Assembly (NCBI GenBank): GCA_051294905.1
Contig: CM119374.1
Location: forward strand, 22,382,001 to 22,446,000
Source of the DNA: Botryllus schlosseri
Taxonomy: Eukaryota
DNA length: 64,000 nucleotides
Direction: 5' to 3'
This document shows positions 47,301-57,200 of this stretch, one piece after another. Within the stretch, counting starts at the first letter, position 1, and each line of letters starts with the position of its first letter. The translations under genes were made by a program, and so were the position numbers. The notes under the pieces are model-generated. The model was not told the origin of the DNA. It saw only the letters and a list, made by a program, of their open reading frames with translations, and did not search any database.

Positions 47301-49872
47301 GTTCTAGACATATAATTGGACAGTGTCTTACTGCCGTTGCAAACCGTAAGTTCTACGAAATGCAAATTAATCAGCTAGTTCTCCACAGGACATATCGTCT
47401 CACACATATTTCTTATATACTATATACTATATTTCATTCTTTGATAGGGATTGCTATCGCGCTGAAAAATGTCAATCGAACGATTCTCTACTCACTGCGA
47501 CCGTTTTCGGACTTTTAGACAGAGTAGACACGTAGAACACCACGGAGTTCGCCACTATTCCGACAGCAAACAGTATGAAGTACCATATAGGGATGATGAC
47601 TCCATTCACAAATCCGTATGCTGCGACAAACTGACTGGAAAGTCACGAAATAAAGGAGATGAGACGGTGTGATGTAAACTGGACGTCATGAGTGTTAATA
47701 ATGGCGTAAAGTCAATGGGGGATATAAAGGGAGTTTGCAAATATATCATGAAACAATTTTGGCTGAAGGTACCTTGATGCAGAAATTTGGTCTATTTGGT
47801 CACTGGTCAACCAATCGCACGTCTAAAATATTTATGAAAATGGATTTTCAATGGACATGTGTGTCACGTTCAATTAAATGAATCGCATATACACCGAAAC
47901 GAAAATAAACTCTTGAGGGACACACGATTTGAAACATTGAATAATTGACACGTGATTGAAGAGATATGGGGTTGCAACCTGTTCATGTCAAATCCACGAT
48001 CTGTACTCTGCCTAGTTGAAAATAGTTCACAAATTGCGAGGGAAAGCTTGGAGTGACATCATTCAAAATTTTATATTCTTAAAGAAGCAGTCAAAATCTG
48101 TGAAGATATATGGGCATCTAGTATTTTCAGACATAATCGATGTAACACTGTGGAGTATAGACGAATTTGAAACCGTCAGTCACGCAACCGGATAGTAGTC
48201 ATAAGCCCTCATCTATCTAAATCGCGACAATTTCTCATTATCGGTCAAGCGGACTTTATCAAAGCTGCAATGGCCATGTTATGACATTAGTCAGCGGAGA
48301 ATGTCATATCTAATACCCAATCTCATTGCTGAATACATTACATGCACGCCTAAACTTTAACATGCGAAAATGCCGCGCTCGCTCTAGAACAGCGGTTCTC
48401 AACCGGGGGTCCGCGGACCCCTAGGGGTCCGCGAAGCAATTTCAGGGGGTCCGCGAGACCTTTAAATTTTCAAAAAGGTTGATAACCTAATTTTTATTAT
48501 ATTTTTTAATTTGAGAAAGCAAGAGGCAGTTTCGCACTACAGCTGATAAAACCTCATGACTCATATCATCATAATAATCGTCTGGCATGGACTATCGTAG
48601 TGTGGAAATTCATTTTCATTGCCAGTTTTCCAATAACCTGCTGATACAAACATATTGCTGTTTATAGACGTTTTATTGGGGTTTGTGGAAAAAATTAAGA
48701 TATGGGAATAGTAACATCAATCAGGGTGACTTCGTAATGTCTGCGAAACCTTCCCGATTTGAAGTTGACAGTCTCATCAAATTAGTGAACGAACAGTCGT
48801 TTGAAATAAAAATTTCCGAAGTATTTCCATAATTTGTCCCAATGCAGGGAACAGCTTCTTGGGGGTACAGAACTTTATTATACAATTGAATAGTTTATTC
48901 ATATTGAAATGAACCCGAATATTTTCGGCTGACACTCGTCATAAATCGGACAATGATATACCTGCTCTTAAAGCTCGGCTATCAGATTTTGCGCATTCTT
49001 ATTGCGGATGCCCTATCGACAAGGCTGATTTTTTGATGAACAAGGAGTGTTTCGTTGCTATCAAGGCATTACGCTCCAACCCTGAAATTCATATCACCAG
49101 TTATATTGATATGCAGCCTTGTCTTGTTAATGTTCCATTGTTCATGGTCGAAAATGTTTGCTCGTAAATATATATGTAAACCAGAACAGAACAAGTCGTT
49201 TCATGACAGTCTTTCTCAAGTTGGAAAACTTGGATGCGTTCTTTGGAGCATAAAATTTGTCTATTCTTTTAGATTAGGATTTCACTTTGACGGTAGAAAC
49301 CTCTGCGGGCCGATCAAAATTCCGTCGCGGGCCGAATCCAGCCAGCGGTTCGTATGTTGCCCGTCCCTGCGGTAGATGCTGGATGTGATATGTTCATAAA
49401 ATATGTGTTTCTTCATTTTGGTGCCATAAATGTTGCGATCACACCAAAAGTATCGTCGAAAGCGTTATGTGTTAATATTGCATTAGCCTCCACCTATCTT
49501 TGCTGAAATGGTTTTCTGCACTCCTCGTTCGGATTTTCAAGACACGACCCCGTACTTCAATAAATACAGTAGGAAAATTAGCTTTGAAATAATAAAAGTC
49601 CACCAATTTCTACATAAATAGTATGATATTATCTTCAATAAAAATCATTATTTTGCTGTTTATCACAAGCCTACAGTTCATATTTGCACAAGACAGATGA
49701 AGGTTGCACCATATTAGAGCTAAAATTGAAATAAAACTTGAGGGGGTCCGCGAAGCCAAAAAGGTTGAGAACCACTGCTCTAGAACAAAAAACTCAGCCA
49801 ATGTAATCTATACCTATCGGTGTGATGCACAGAACGGTTCGGTGGTGAAGTTGTAAAGGCCAAAGATTCCAT
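32025..49872 (-). CDS. Multi-exon class A peptide GPCR, angiotensin II / apelin / chemokine receptor-like (~479 aa model)
   Basis: Exons 49872-49814 (tentative), 47634-47496, 45901-45792, 45345-45248, 41724-41580, 41008-40804, 38812-38709, 34571-34433, 34366-34277, 34225-34209, 32358-32025. All junctions are GT-AG and phase-compatible, totalling 1440 nt. Motifs: GIVANSVV, NLAIADL, TLPVW, WIFG..CK, NMYASVFLITVMAIDRY, GFVIP, CWLP, NSVVNPIIY. Confidence 0.85.
33591..34160. repeat. Inverted pair of a ~160-bp dispersed repeat
   Basis: 33591-33750 is the diverged reverse complement of 34009-34160. A third copy lies at ~26690-26872. A (TA)n tract sits in the spacer at ~33970-33991. Confidence 0.75.
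34209..34225 (-). CDS. AT1/APJ-like GPCR, predicted 17-nt micro-exon
   Basis: Acceptor ttatattttcaatacag, exon ATTACTTTCAAGCATAG, donor GTATGG. It bridges the phase-0 end at 34277 to the phase-2 start at 32358. Confidence 0.55.
34277..34366 (-). CDS. AT1/APJ-like GPCR exon: helix 8 and Cys cluster
   Basis: tgttttgattgtag|ALCSKVHCCVKIFGMIPRSNSRISRSDDPQ|gtatta. The upstream intron is 66 nt. Confidence 0.75.
34433..34571 (-). CDS. AT1/APJ-like GPCR exon: TM7
   Basis: Reads MQYMLHLLFAALSFCNSVVNPIIYSASPTHRARIK|gtatgt. The 5' boundary is inferred at an AAG acceptor. Confidence 0.85.
34760..35344. mobile_element. hAT-type MITE (relative of the gactcgagtc family), inserted in another MITE end
   Basis: TIRs cagggttgtaa / ttacaaccctg and a perfect TSD tatggggg. 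Confidence 0.9.
36007..37739. mobile_element. CAC...GTG-terminus DNA transposon derivative (Chapaev/CMC- or Transib-like) with nested material
   Basis: Termini cactggttaaca / tgttgaccagtg with a 4-bp flanking duplication ttat. The superfamily assignment is inferred from the termini only. Confidence 0.55.
37060..37480 (+). mobile_element. Decayed hAT transposase C-terminus plus right end
   Basis: Reads TIQPTSVEAEKAFNERGLFVT*FRSQLQDATID (hAT dimerisation motif). It is followed by tatccgg subterminal repeats and the terminus aactaacccta at 37480. Confidence 0.7.
38709..38812 (-). CDS. AT1/APJ-like GPCR exon: TM6
   Basis: atgtttag|VRRITKTVTTIILAFTVCWLPNQTSNFISNLVHF|gtgagt. Confidence 0.9.
39009..40490. 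mobile_element. Buster/Charlie-like MITE carrying a nested palindrome
   Basis: TIRs caggggttctc / gagaacctctg and a perfect TSD gtatacaa. Confidence 0.88.
39540..40183. mobile_element. Long palindromic (foldback/MITE) element with ~300-bp arms
   Basis: ggctcttcaaaaat...gaataaaatagtat is mirrored after a ~50-bp spacer. Related sequence occurs at ~36400-36570. Confidence 0.88.
40804..41008 (-). CDS. AT1/APJ-like GPCR exon: ECL2, TM5 and ICL3
   Basis: gtattctcag|T-WKYPENQTDVWWVVHMVERNVIGFVIPLIIICRCY...RDGQ|gtaacc. An alternative in-frame donor lies at 40755. Confidence 0.88.
41255..41519. mobile_element. hAT-type MITE (265 bp)
   Basis: TIRs cagagatggtca / tgaccacctctg and a perfect TSD gtaacgac. 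Confidence 0.9.
41580..41724 (-). CDS. AT1/APJ-like GPCR exon: TM4 and ECL2 Cys
   Basis: cctattttcccag|IQVQTKSLRTAARCWCLCAIVWGFSILLAVPSAVFR...KTYC|gtatgc. Confidence 0.9.
41762..44907. mobile_element. Foldback-like element with modular tandem-repeat arms (~3.1 kb)
   Basis: Ends agggttggttcgattatgttcacaa / ttgtgaacataatcgaaccaaccct. The outer arrays use a 21/23-mer (ttcacaataagagcagtctcatg) and the inner arrays a GC-rich ~20/60-mer, both inverted between the arms. An 8-bp direct repeat aaatcttc lies at 41754-41761 and 44908-44915. Confidence 0.85.
43329..43590 (-). mobile_element. tRNA-derived SINE inserted in the foldback arm
   Basis: On the minus strand: A box TAGTGTAATGG, B box GGTTCGATCCC and a (TC)n tail. 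Flanked by the 13-bp duplication tcttattgtgaac. Confidence 0.88.
45248..45345 (-). CDS. AT1/APJ-like GPCR exon: TM3 with DRY
   Basis: cgcttttcag|A-CKAASMLTNVNMYASVFLITVMAIDRYNVVVK-G|gtatat. Confidence 0.93.
45792..45901 (-). CDS. AT1/APJ-like GPCR exon: TM2 and ECL1
   Basis: ctcttttaacccag|VDIFVGNLAIADLSLIATLPVWAVTHIQGHWIFGNI|gtaagt. Confidence 0.93.
47496..47634 (-). CDS. AT1/APJ-like GPCR exon: TM1
   Basis: gtgactttccag|T-QFVAAYGFVNGVIIPIWYFILFAVGIVANSVVFYVSTLSKSPKTVA|gtgagt. Confidence 0.9.
47773..47822 (-). CDS. Possible additional N-terminal exon of the AT1/APJ-like GPCR
   Basis: aaatattttag|TCDWLTSDQIDQISAS|gtacct ends in phase 2, compatible with 47634. It starts in phase 0 and I could not identify its upstream partner. 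Confidence 0.4.
48390..49777. mobile_element. Buster/Charlie-like MITE with internal cargo
   Basis: TIRs cagcggttctcaacc / ggttgagaaccactg and a perfect TSD ctctagaa. Confidence 0.9.
48930..49098 (+). mobile_element. Penelope-like RT N-terminal fragment inside the MITE
   Basis: Reads KARLSDFAHSYCGCPIDKADFLMNKECFVAIKALRSNPEIHIT. This resembles the segment just before the (K/R)xDKG motif of PLE reverse transcriptases (recognised from family knowledge). Confidence 0.6.
49814..49872 (-). CDS. Candidate first coding exon of the AT1/APJ-like GPCR
   Basis: An in-frame TGA lies upstream, then MESLAFTTSPPNRSVHHTD (NRS sequon) and AG|GTATAG in phase 2, compatible with 47634. Confidence 0.45.
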
Positions 49873-50259
49873 CACGGCCTCGTTATAGTTGAGTCACCGC
49901 CACTGGTATATCTGGGACAGTACGTCCTTTGCTTAGCGGCGGGGATCCAGACTTGATTCAGGCAATGAGTATAGCAGGTTAATGTTTGTTAGTAATATTT
50001 TCTGTAATGTGTATGTAAAACTTATTTCAATCATATCGGCCTAACACATGTGATATGCACACATATACTGCGTTTGTCATGTTCATATCCACAAAACAGA
50101 TATATGGTGCAACTGCATAAACGATATTCCACAAAATTTTTTATGTAATTTGCCGGGTAAGCATAAAGTGAAGCTCCGTTGGCAATCCACGCAATATAAA
50201 ATTACCGTACTGGATATGTTGAGAAATCACCAAACAGTTCGGGCATCGTGATGTCATAG

Positions 50260-50742
50260 CGGTGATGAGCATCGGACGGACTCGAACCTGACATTGCACA
50301 ATTTTGGGCAGTCGGATCGGATTCGAATTCTATTGCAGATTTTGTTTCGGATATTTTAGAATAGTTCTAACCAAACGTGACTTTTGGTTTCAATTCAAAA
50401 GAAAAAATAGTGCGTTCGACAACCAAACACGGACAGTAGCCTATAAACACGTTTTGATAGGACCTTACTGGTAGCATTATAAAGTTGTTCAGTCAAAGGT
50501 CGAAGCAAATATAAATCTGCTAACGTTAACCTTGGCCTTTATAAATACCATTCTGTTCGTATGTATAATTGGGATTCTTTGGAAAGGTTATTCGATCCGG
50601 ATTTTTCGGATTCTCGACTGCATTATTCGCATTCGCGAAGATATTTGCTTGAGATTGTTCGGATTCGTACGAATAGTTCCTCATATAGAGTCGAGCTGTG
50701 GGACGATTCGGATTGTCAGAAATTAATATCCGCTCATCGCTG
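50260..50742. mobile_element. hAT-type MITE in the intergenic/promoter region
   Basis: TIRs cggtgatgagc / gctcatcgctg, ggattcg subterminal repeats, and TSD tgtcatag / tgtcatac (7 of 8). Confidence 0.8.
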
Positions 50743-51143
50743 TGTCATACTCGGACGTGAGCACGTAAGCTTGGAAATTTATCACTGAATATTTGAAACC
50801 CAATAGTTGGCTGATAGGTCGTTGATCCATAAAAGGTGTATGATTTTCACAAGTTCGAAAATGTGTAGGTAATGCACTCCTCATACTTCTCCCGCTGGAT
50901 CTGTGCCGTCTATGATTACAACATGACATAAGATAACGCGTCACACCACACGGCACAACAGTATATGAACTACATATTTCACTGCATAATTCCCGAATAC
51001 GTTCACTCAAGGCGGAAACTGCAATGCATACAGCGGCGAAACCTGGCGGTCACTGTTACGTCACAATCGTACTCGATTGTAATATTGCTTGGAAAGGTAA
51101 CCCTATCTCCGCGGGTCTTATTGATAGGTAGAGATGAGCAATA

Positions 51144-51236
51144 ATGAACCCCTCTGGCGTTGAAGGCCAATCCTGGCCAAGCGATGGCCTTGATTTAGTG
51201 GAGAGACTGAAGATCATGCAATCGGAGTATACAAGA
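51144..51236 (+). CDS. SAXO-like exon 1
   Basis: In-frame TGA upstream, then MNPSGVEGQSWPSDGLDLVERLKIMQSEYTR|gtgagt. Confidence 0.65.
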
Positions 51237-54200
51237 GTGAGTGCCCTTTCAAACGTTACCCAAAGTGTTTGCTGTGATAATATTAAGCTGCATTAAGGTA
51301 TTCTCTTTATGGTATCAGTGACTTTGAGCATTGCCCCTATATGCATGTGGGGCGAGCAACAGCGATAACTGTATGTATATGCTACCAGGCGTAATAGGTT
51401 AGACCCGTCACGGTTAGACTACTGTGTTGTATCTGAGTCATGACTACAAGTTACAACGACATTCTAAGCTCATAATATAGTATTTCGCAATTCAATTCAA
51501 ATACCGGAAACGACGTTCTTGGATTGAAACACGTTATTTCGATTTTTCCCACCTGGGTGAATTGAAATCCACGCAAGCGAATGACTGTAGTGTTATTGTT
51601 AAGCCATCAATGTGACTATATCCCAGTTTTTCTCAGCCTTTGTGGCGCTTTTACCCCTTGAGCTTTCAGGAAAAATAGGCTTGCCTGTTCAACAACATTT
51701 ATAGCACACGACGAATAACTCAGTTAATTTACTGGTGGCTTTTGTAGCTGTGACTGCAACCAAAAAGAAAATGTCGCTAGTTCTACACCTCATTAAAGAT
51801 AGTTTCGTATTTTTTCGGCCTTTACCATTTCCATTCTCTTATGGCAACGCCGTGCAAATGTGCATGATGGGTTGATCACGTACGTGCGTGGATTTGTGGC
51901 CTAATACAAATTTTGGATGCTATTATATAAATTCAATACTTCTGGGATGGGGAAAAAGTATCGAAACCATAATGTACCTAGCCATAACACAGCTACTTGT
52001 TAAAGCATTCTTCACAAATACGCATACACGGCGCACAATTTGACACTGCGTCTTCGATTTTGTTGAAGTCGCCAAGAGTGAGTTTTTTTGGAATGCCTTG
52101 GATCAAGTTTGCAGACCCAGGGGGTTTGGGGTGTGTTATTTGACTCGTTTTATGGACATGGGGTTGTCGCTACGCTATGTGGCTTTTTGAGGGGGAGATT
52201 ATTCTCGCATTGCCTGATTTTGTTGCTGTGTACCAAGTAAAATGTAATTTTTGCGGTCTCCCCAGACCGTCCGTGAAATGGCAAAGTATCAAGTTTGACA
52301 GCTCTGCAGGAACTAGGTGATACAACGGAACCTCTTAAGTATCTCATACCTTGATAATCCAACAAAAATTATAAATGCAACTTTTTAACACAACATTTGC
52401 TGAAATTAAGTGCAACTTTCCCGCGATTTTGGTGCAACAAAAACTTGCCCTAGTTATCACACGTTTTGCAAAATTGGAGGTTTCACGGACCCCTGAAATT
52501 TCTACGTGGACCGCGGTCGGGACCCACTGCATTGAGACGTCGTAACTGTATGGTCGACGTGTAAAGTTCAAATATACAAGTTCCACGCGACCACAAAGCT
52601 CTACATCACATTAAAGATAATTTGATATATATCGACTGCAACTATTCCATATTGAACTTTGTGACAATGGTGTCGGTTGGTCGCGACTCCACAGATATGT
52701 CCGCTTCACAAACGTGCGTGGCTTTGTGCTACATGCATGTATGCTGCGATACGTCCAATCGAGCTTTCAAGGACTTCCACAGTGGAAATAGTATCGAGAC
52801 TATGATTCTCGTTGATAAAGTAGAGGGCCCGAATGATTGTGACAAGCGTTCTCTAAATATGGACACAAACTAGTCTACCCGCATTTTAAGTACTTGACTT
52901 CGACAACTGACAATTCCCGGTCTCGTGGGGCTAAATAGAAAAATGTCAAGAGAGCGATGGATTGTAAACCGTTCACTCAAATGTGATATGTGTCATTAAT
53001 CATAGATTTATGCTTGTACCCCCGTCAAGGCTCATACGCGTGTTGGGGATCTAACTGTTATGAAACCCGGTCGAGATACATTATCGATCCCACCGAATAT
53101 CTGTCTTAGTAGTGAAACTTTGTTATATTTACCACCGATCAACTATAATATTACTCAATTTATAATTGCAGTTCAACAGAATGTCACATGCAGTGGTTCC
53201 CTGTCTTGGGCGGCTGCTTTCGAAATTGTGTCTCCGATACTAACGTAAAATTTCCAATGACACTATAAATAGTACGTTGTAGTATTTAAAAATATATTGA
53301 GATCTCGTGATACCAGTGGTGGCCGTACGATTGGGGGGGCGAGACTTCCAGGGGGCTATAAGTATGTAATCGTAGACCCCCTTTCGCATCTATTATTACT
53401 AAATTAATGCTAGTGCGCCATATGGAAGGGAATTATGTGATGTGTATATGACAATATAACACGGCTTTAAAGCAGGCTTGAATGTTGAATTGCTCTAGCT
53501 CCTGGGCCTTTATCATACATTGTAAAATTATAAAAGAAGTGACCCCGTTTAGCATAGCTCATTGTCTTCATGTGCAAGATGTATGGTATGTAGCGTGAAA
53601 TAATAGTTTAGCGATCCAACTGCTGCAGGCTAAATAGACAACACTAATCTGGAAAGCTATCGGCTGACATTAGTAATATGCCAGCACACTACATCAAGGT
53701 TTCAGCCAGGCGCTGGATTAGGCTATATATATTATTGCGTGGTTGCAAAGGATAGACTACATTAAATCCAAGCAGACTACCTCTACCGCATGTAGAGACT
53801 TGATGATCATCGGGATGGAATTTTTCTAGCGAATGCAAATATTCGATGATTGATCCATCTGCACGGAATCATCTTCTTGATTGGTACACGGATTTCCACG
53901 TTTATTCGCCATAATCCTTGAAAAAAGCGCTTAAACCAAAGAGGGGGCCTTCGACTAGGGGGGCCCTGGGTCCACCCCAAAAGGCACCACTGCGTGATAC
54001 AAAGGCTCTTACTCGCGATTCTGACGACACTTTTAGTCATAAAAGTTATCCCCAAACAGCTTTCTACTTTTCAAAATCAACATAGTGAAAAGTCTACTAA
54101 TAATGTTCAAGTATATGTGGAAATATAGCAGTATAATAACGGTCAAAGCCTGATAGCGTACTCCGTAAAAATTGAAGTACATCGTTACTGATCACCTAAA

Positions 54201-57200
54201 GAGTGACCAGCTCTCACTAAACGATGCAACACCGAGGACTCAATGTCGGCAATTCTATACGCTACTGAATCGGTGCAGCCGCTTAGCATCCAATTAAAAC
54301 TATTACGCTGCAAAGGATTTGTGGAACATGATACCCCATACACGCCAAACTATATATCCTTGATACTGTTACCACTTAAATAATTTATTGAAATACCCTT
54401 CTCCAGCAAAGCACAAGTCTTGAAAAAAAAAACTGGATCAAGTGTTCTATACGTGTCTGGCCTTCTCAGGAAATCGTATAGTATAGTGTTGTTTCCGAAA
54501 GGCGAAGTTGGTAGCTAATGCATTAAACATCTCGGCCCCGGGCACCTACGCGTGAATGAAATCGCATTTCTATATTGTGTGTACTTTTAATGCATTGTAT
54601 TGGAACCGCGTCCGATCAAGCCTTAACTGTAGCTAATGCACCTTGGTAGAGTATAAGCCAGGAGTGGGCAAACTACGACCTGTAACATCGTTTTGTGCGT
54701 TTTGAGCGTCAAGAGACGTTGAAAAAATATTGATAAACTGGGTGAAAAAATAAATTACTGTGGGTACTTCATTAAACATTTTCGTAATATGTTTCAATAT
54801 GATAATGATATGTTATATTCTTACCATGATATTTTTATTTCATTGATGGTGCGATGGCCCGATCTATAGAGGCCCATGCATTTTGAAAGGTTTTATTTGC
54901 TAAACATCAGGAAAGTCGACTTTCATCCCTGATTTTGACAATGAGGATGACAAGCTTCTTAATTCTCGTTAATGAAATTTCAATATCATAAAGGGGCCGT
55001 GTCTGAAAAAGTTAGACAACCACTTCCATATAATCAAATAAAAATATTGAATTTTGGCTTACTATCCCAATTTTACATAGTACGGCCCGCGAATGTATTC
55101 AAATGTTGAATGCGGCAAGCGAGCTCAAAAGTTTGCCTACCCCTGGTATAGGCAGAGGTGGTCAGTATCGAAGTACTTGCAGTAGGCTATTTACTCAAAT
55201 AAACCTGTCTGAGGAATTTCGGGGGTGATTGCACCGAGTATCAACTAGAATTTAATTTTCACAAAAGTTAAGTAAAGCGCAGAAGTTTCGTCGCGCTTCG
55301 CGTAAAGTAGATCTGCAGTAACGTTTTCACTTAATTATAAATGAATATAATATAGGTCGCGGGTTGCGGGGTTCGGTTGAATACCGCATTGTCGCCCGTA
55401 TGACATGTTTCATTACAATGAATATGACATATAAAAACGTATCTATCTATCGTGTCGTAATCTAGCAGCACATGGCGTGTCCTAATCTGAAAAAGTCGTT
55501 GTCTCTGACTTTTGTGAGCGTTAAATCCGTTTTAGCAGACCACCGCTGAAGCTTTCTTGACAAAAGACATGAATATATTTTCCCCTTTTTTAGGAATAGT
55601 ATTTGTATTTGTTTTTTAATTCGCAGCATCATTACTTTTAGTTCTTCTAATTTATTTCAGTTCTTTTGTTTGAAAAACATACATGTCGAAGTTGAAGGTG
55701 TCCGGTCAATACCGAGAAAACCATTACCGAGAATGGACATCACCGAGAATGCAATGTAGGCTATGCAATGCAGGCCTGTTATGCTTGTGTACAGGTCGTG
55801 TACATGTGCTATTATGCAATCGTGCAATGTGCATCACGACTTTGCCACATTCGGTGTCGATTCTCAGTTATAAATTTCTCGACAACGCCGTCTCAGTAAA
55901 TTAGATTCTTGGCATTTGGCCATTCTCGGTAATGTCCATTCTCGGTGGTGTCCATTCTCGGTAATGGTTTTCTCGGTATAGGTATCGAAACGTACCCGTC
56001 ACCGTATTATAAGGCCTGTAGTTTCGGCGAAGAGAAATACGGAGAATTTGTATTGGATACGGTGTTAAAACTTTGCGCGATTAGAAATATGCCGGATTGT
56101 AAAAATGCCAGATAATGTAATTTTATTTCCGGAAAATAGAATCAATACCGAAGAACCGAAGTTTAAAGCCAAGTGTAGTATTGATGCTATTTTCCGGAAA
56201 TAAAATTACATTATCTGGCATTTTTACAATCCGGCATAGTTCTAATCGCGCAAAGTTTCAACAGCGTATTCGATACAAGTTCTCCGTATTTCTCTTCGCC
56301 GAAACTACAGGCCTTATAATACGGTGACGGGTACGATGTCATGACATTTTCTGTTCGGGTAAACAAAAGATCAGAATCGCTTTTCCATAGCAAAACTGTC
56401 ATTTGCAACCCATTATGCAGTCGAATGTTTATTGCTGTCGAAAATGTTTGCCTCCTGGGATGTTTCAATATGAATAAAGCTCTCTTCACCTTCCGTATGG
56501 CTCAACTCACAGCGTTTGAGAGTCCATGCGAATGTATTATTACTGTGTTCACAATTACTTAGTGGAGTAGATTTAAAGCCAACCAATTCTACTTATACTT
56601 GGGGTAGTTTTAGTTTTATTTTAAAAGTACTACTTCTACTTGAGTAGTTTTCTTGACTACATTGACCATCTGTGGATATATACCGCCCGAATTACGAATA
56701 GAAAATGTGGATCACTGTTCCGCTGCTGAAAATCCTGTCCGGGGAAGGACGAATGAACAAAGAATTTCAGTATCTCTTCCCATACTCAAATTTAATTATT
56801 AATGCAAACGAGTTTGCAGCAAACTATATACTTGGATGGGAAATTTAGATTTGAATACCGGCGAAAACGTTTAAGTGATAAACGTACGCAAAGCCACGTC
56901 CAAATCTACTTTTGAAGCTACCTTGTTTGTTTTGGGGTATTCATGGTGTTACTCGACTACTATGGTCATTTACACCAGGCCGATAATTCTTTTGTATTTT
57001 CCGTAACTGCCGACTTATAGCACGGCCCACCTCTAGACTTTTGTAAGACACCGCTGACGCGGATGAGGTGGCGAGGAGGTTGAAGCTACCTATTTGAATA
57101 CTTTTAAGGCCAGGCGTGGCCAACCTTTTTAGCCAAAAGACCACATGACATTTACGAACCTTTGCGCGGGCCACTTGGATGTTGATGATTTTTTTTTTTA

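Larger units (their letters stand above)
55153..56674. mobile_element. CAGAGG-terminus hAT-type element with two nested inverted-repeat elements
   Basis: Ends cagaggtggtca / tgaccatctgtg. The TSD is not clear. Confidence 0.6.

Noticed and set aside
48190-48215. Tiny MRAYDYYP exon giving a sulfotyrosine-like chemokine-receptor N-terminus
   Set aside because: The donor (CCG|GTTGCG) is weak, and such a short motif is easily found by chance.
51834-51848. RFX X-box for the ciliary gene
   Set aside because: Only the ATGGCAAC half-site matches, and it lies ~600 bp into intron 1. Chance occurrence is likely.
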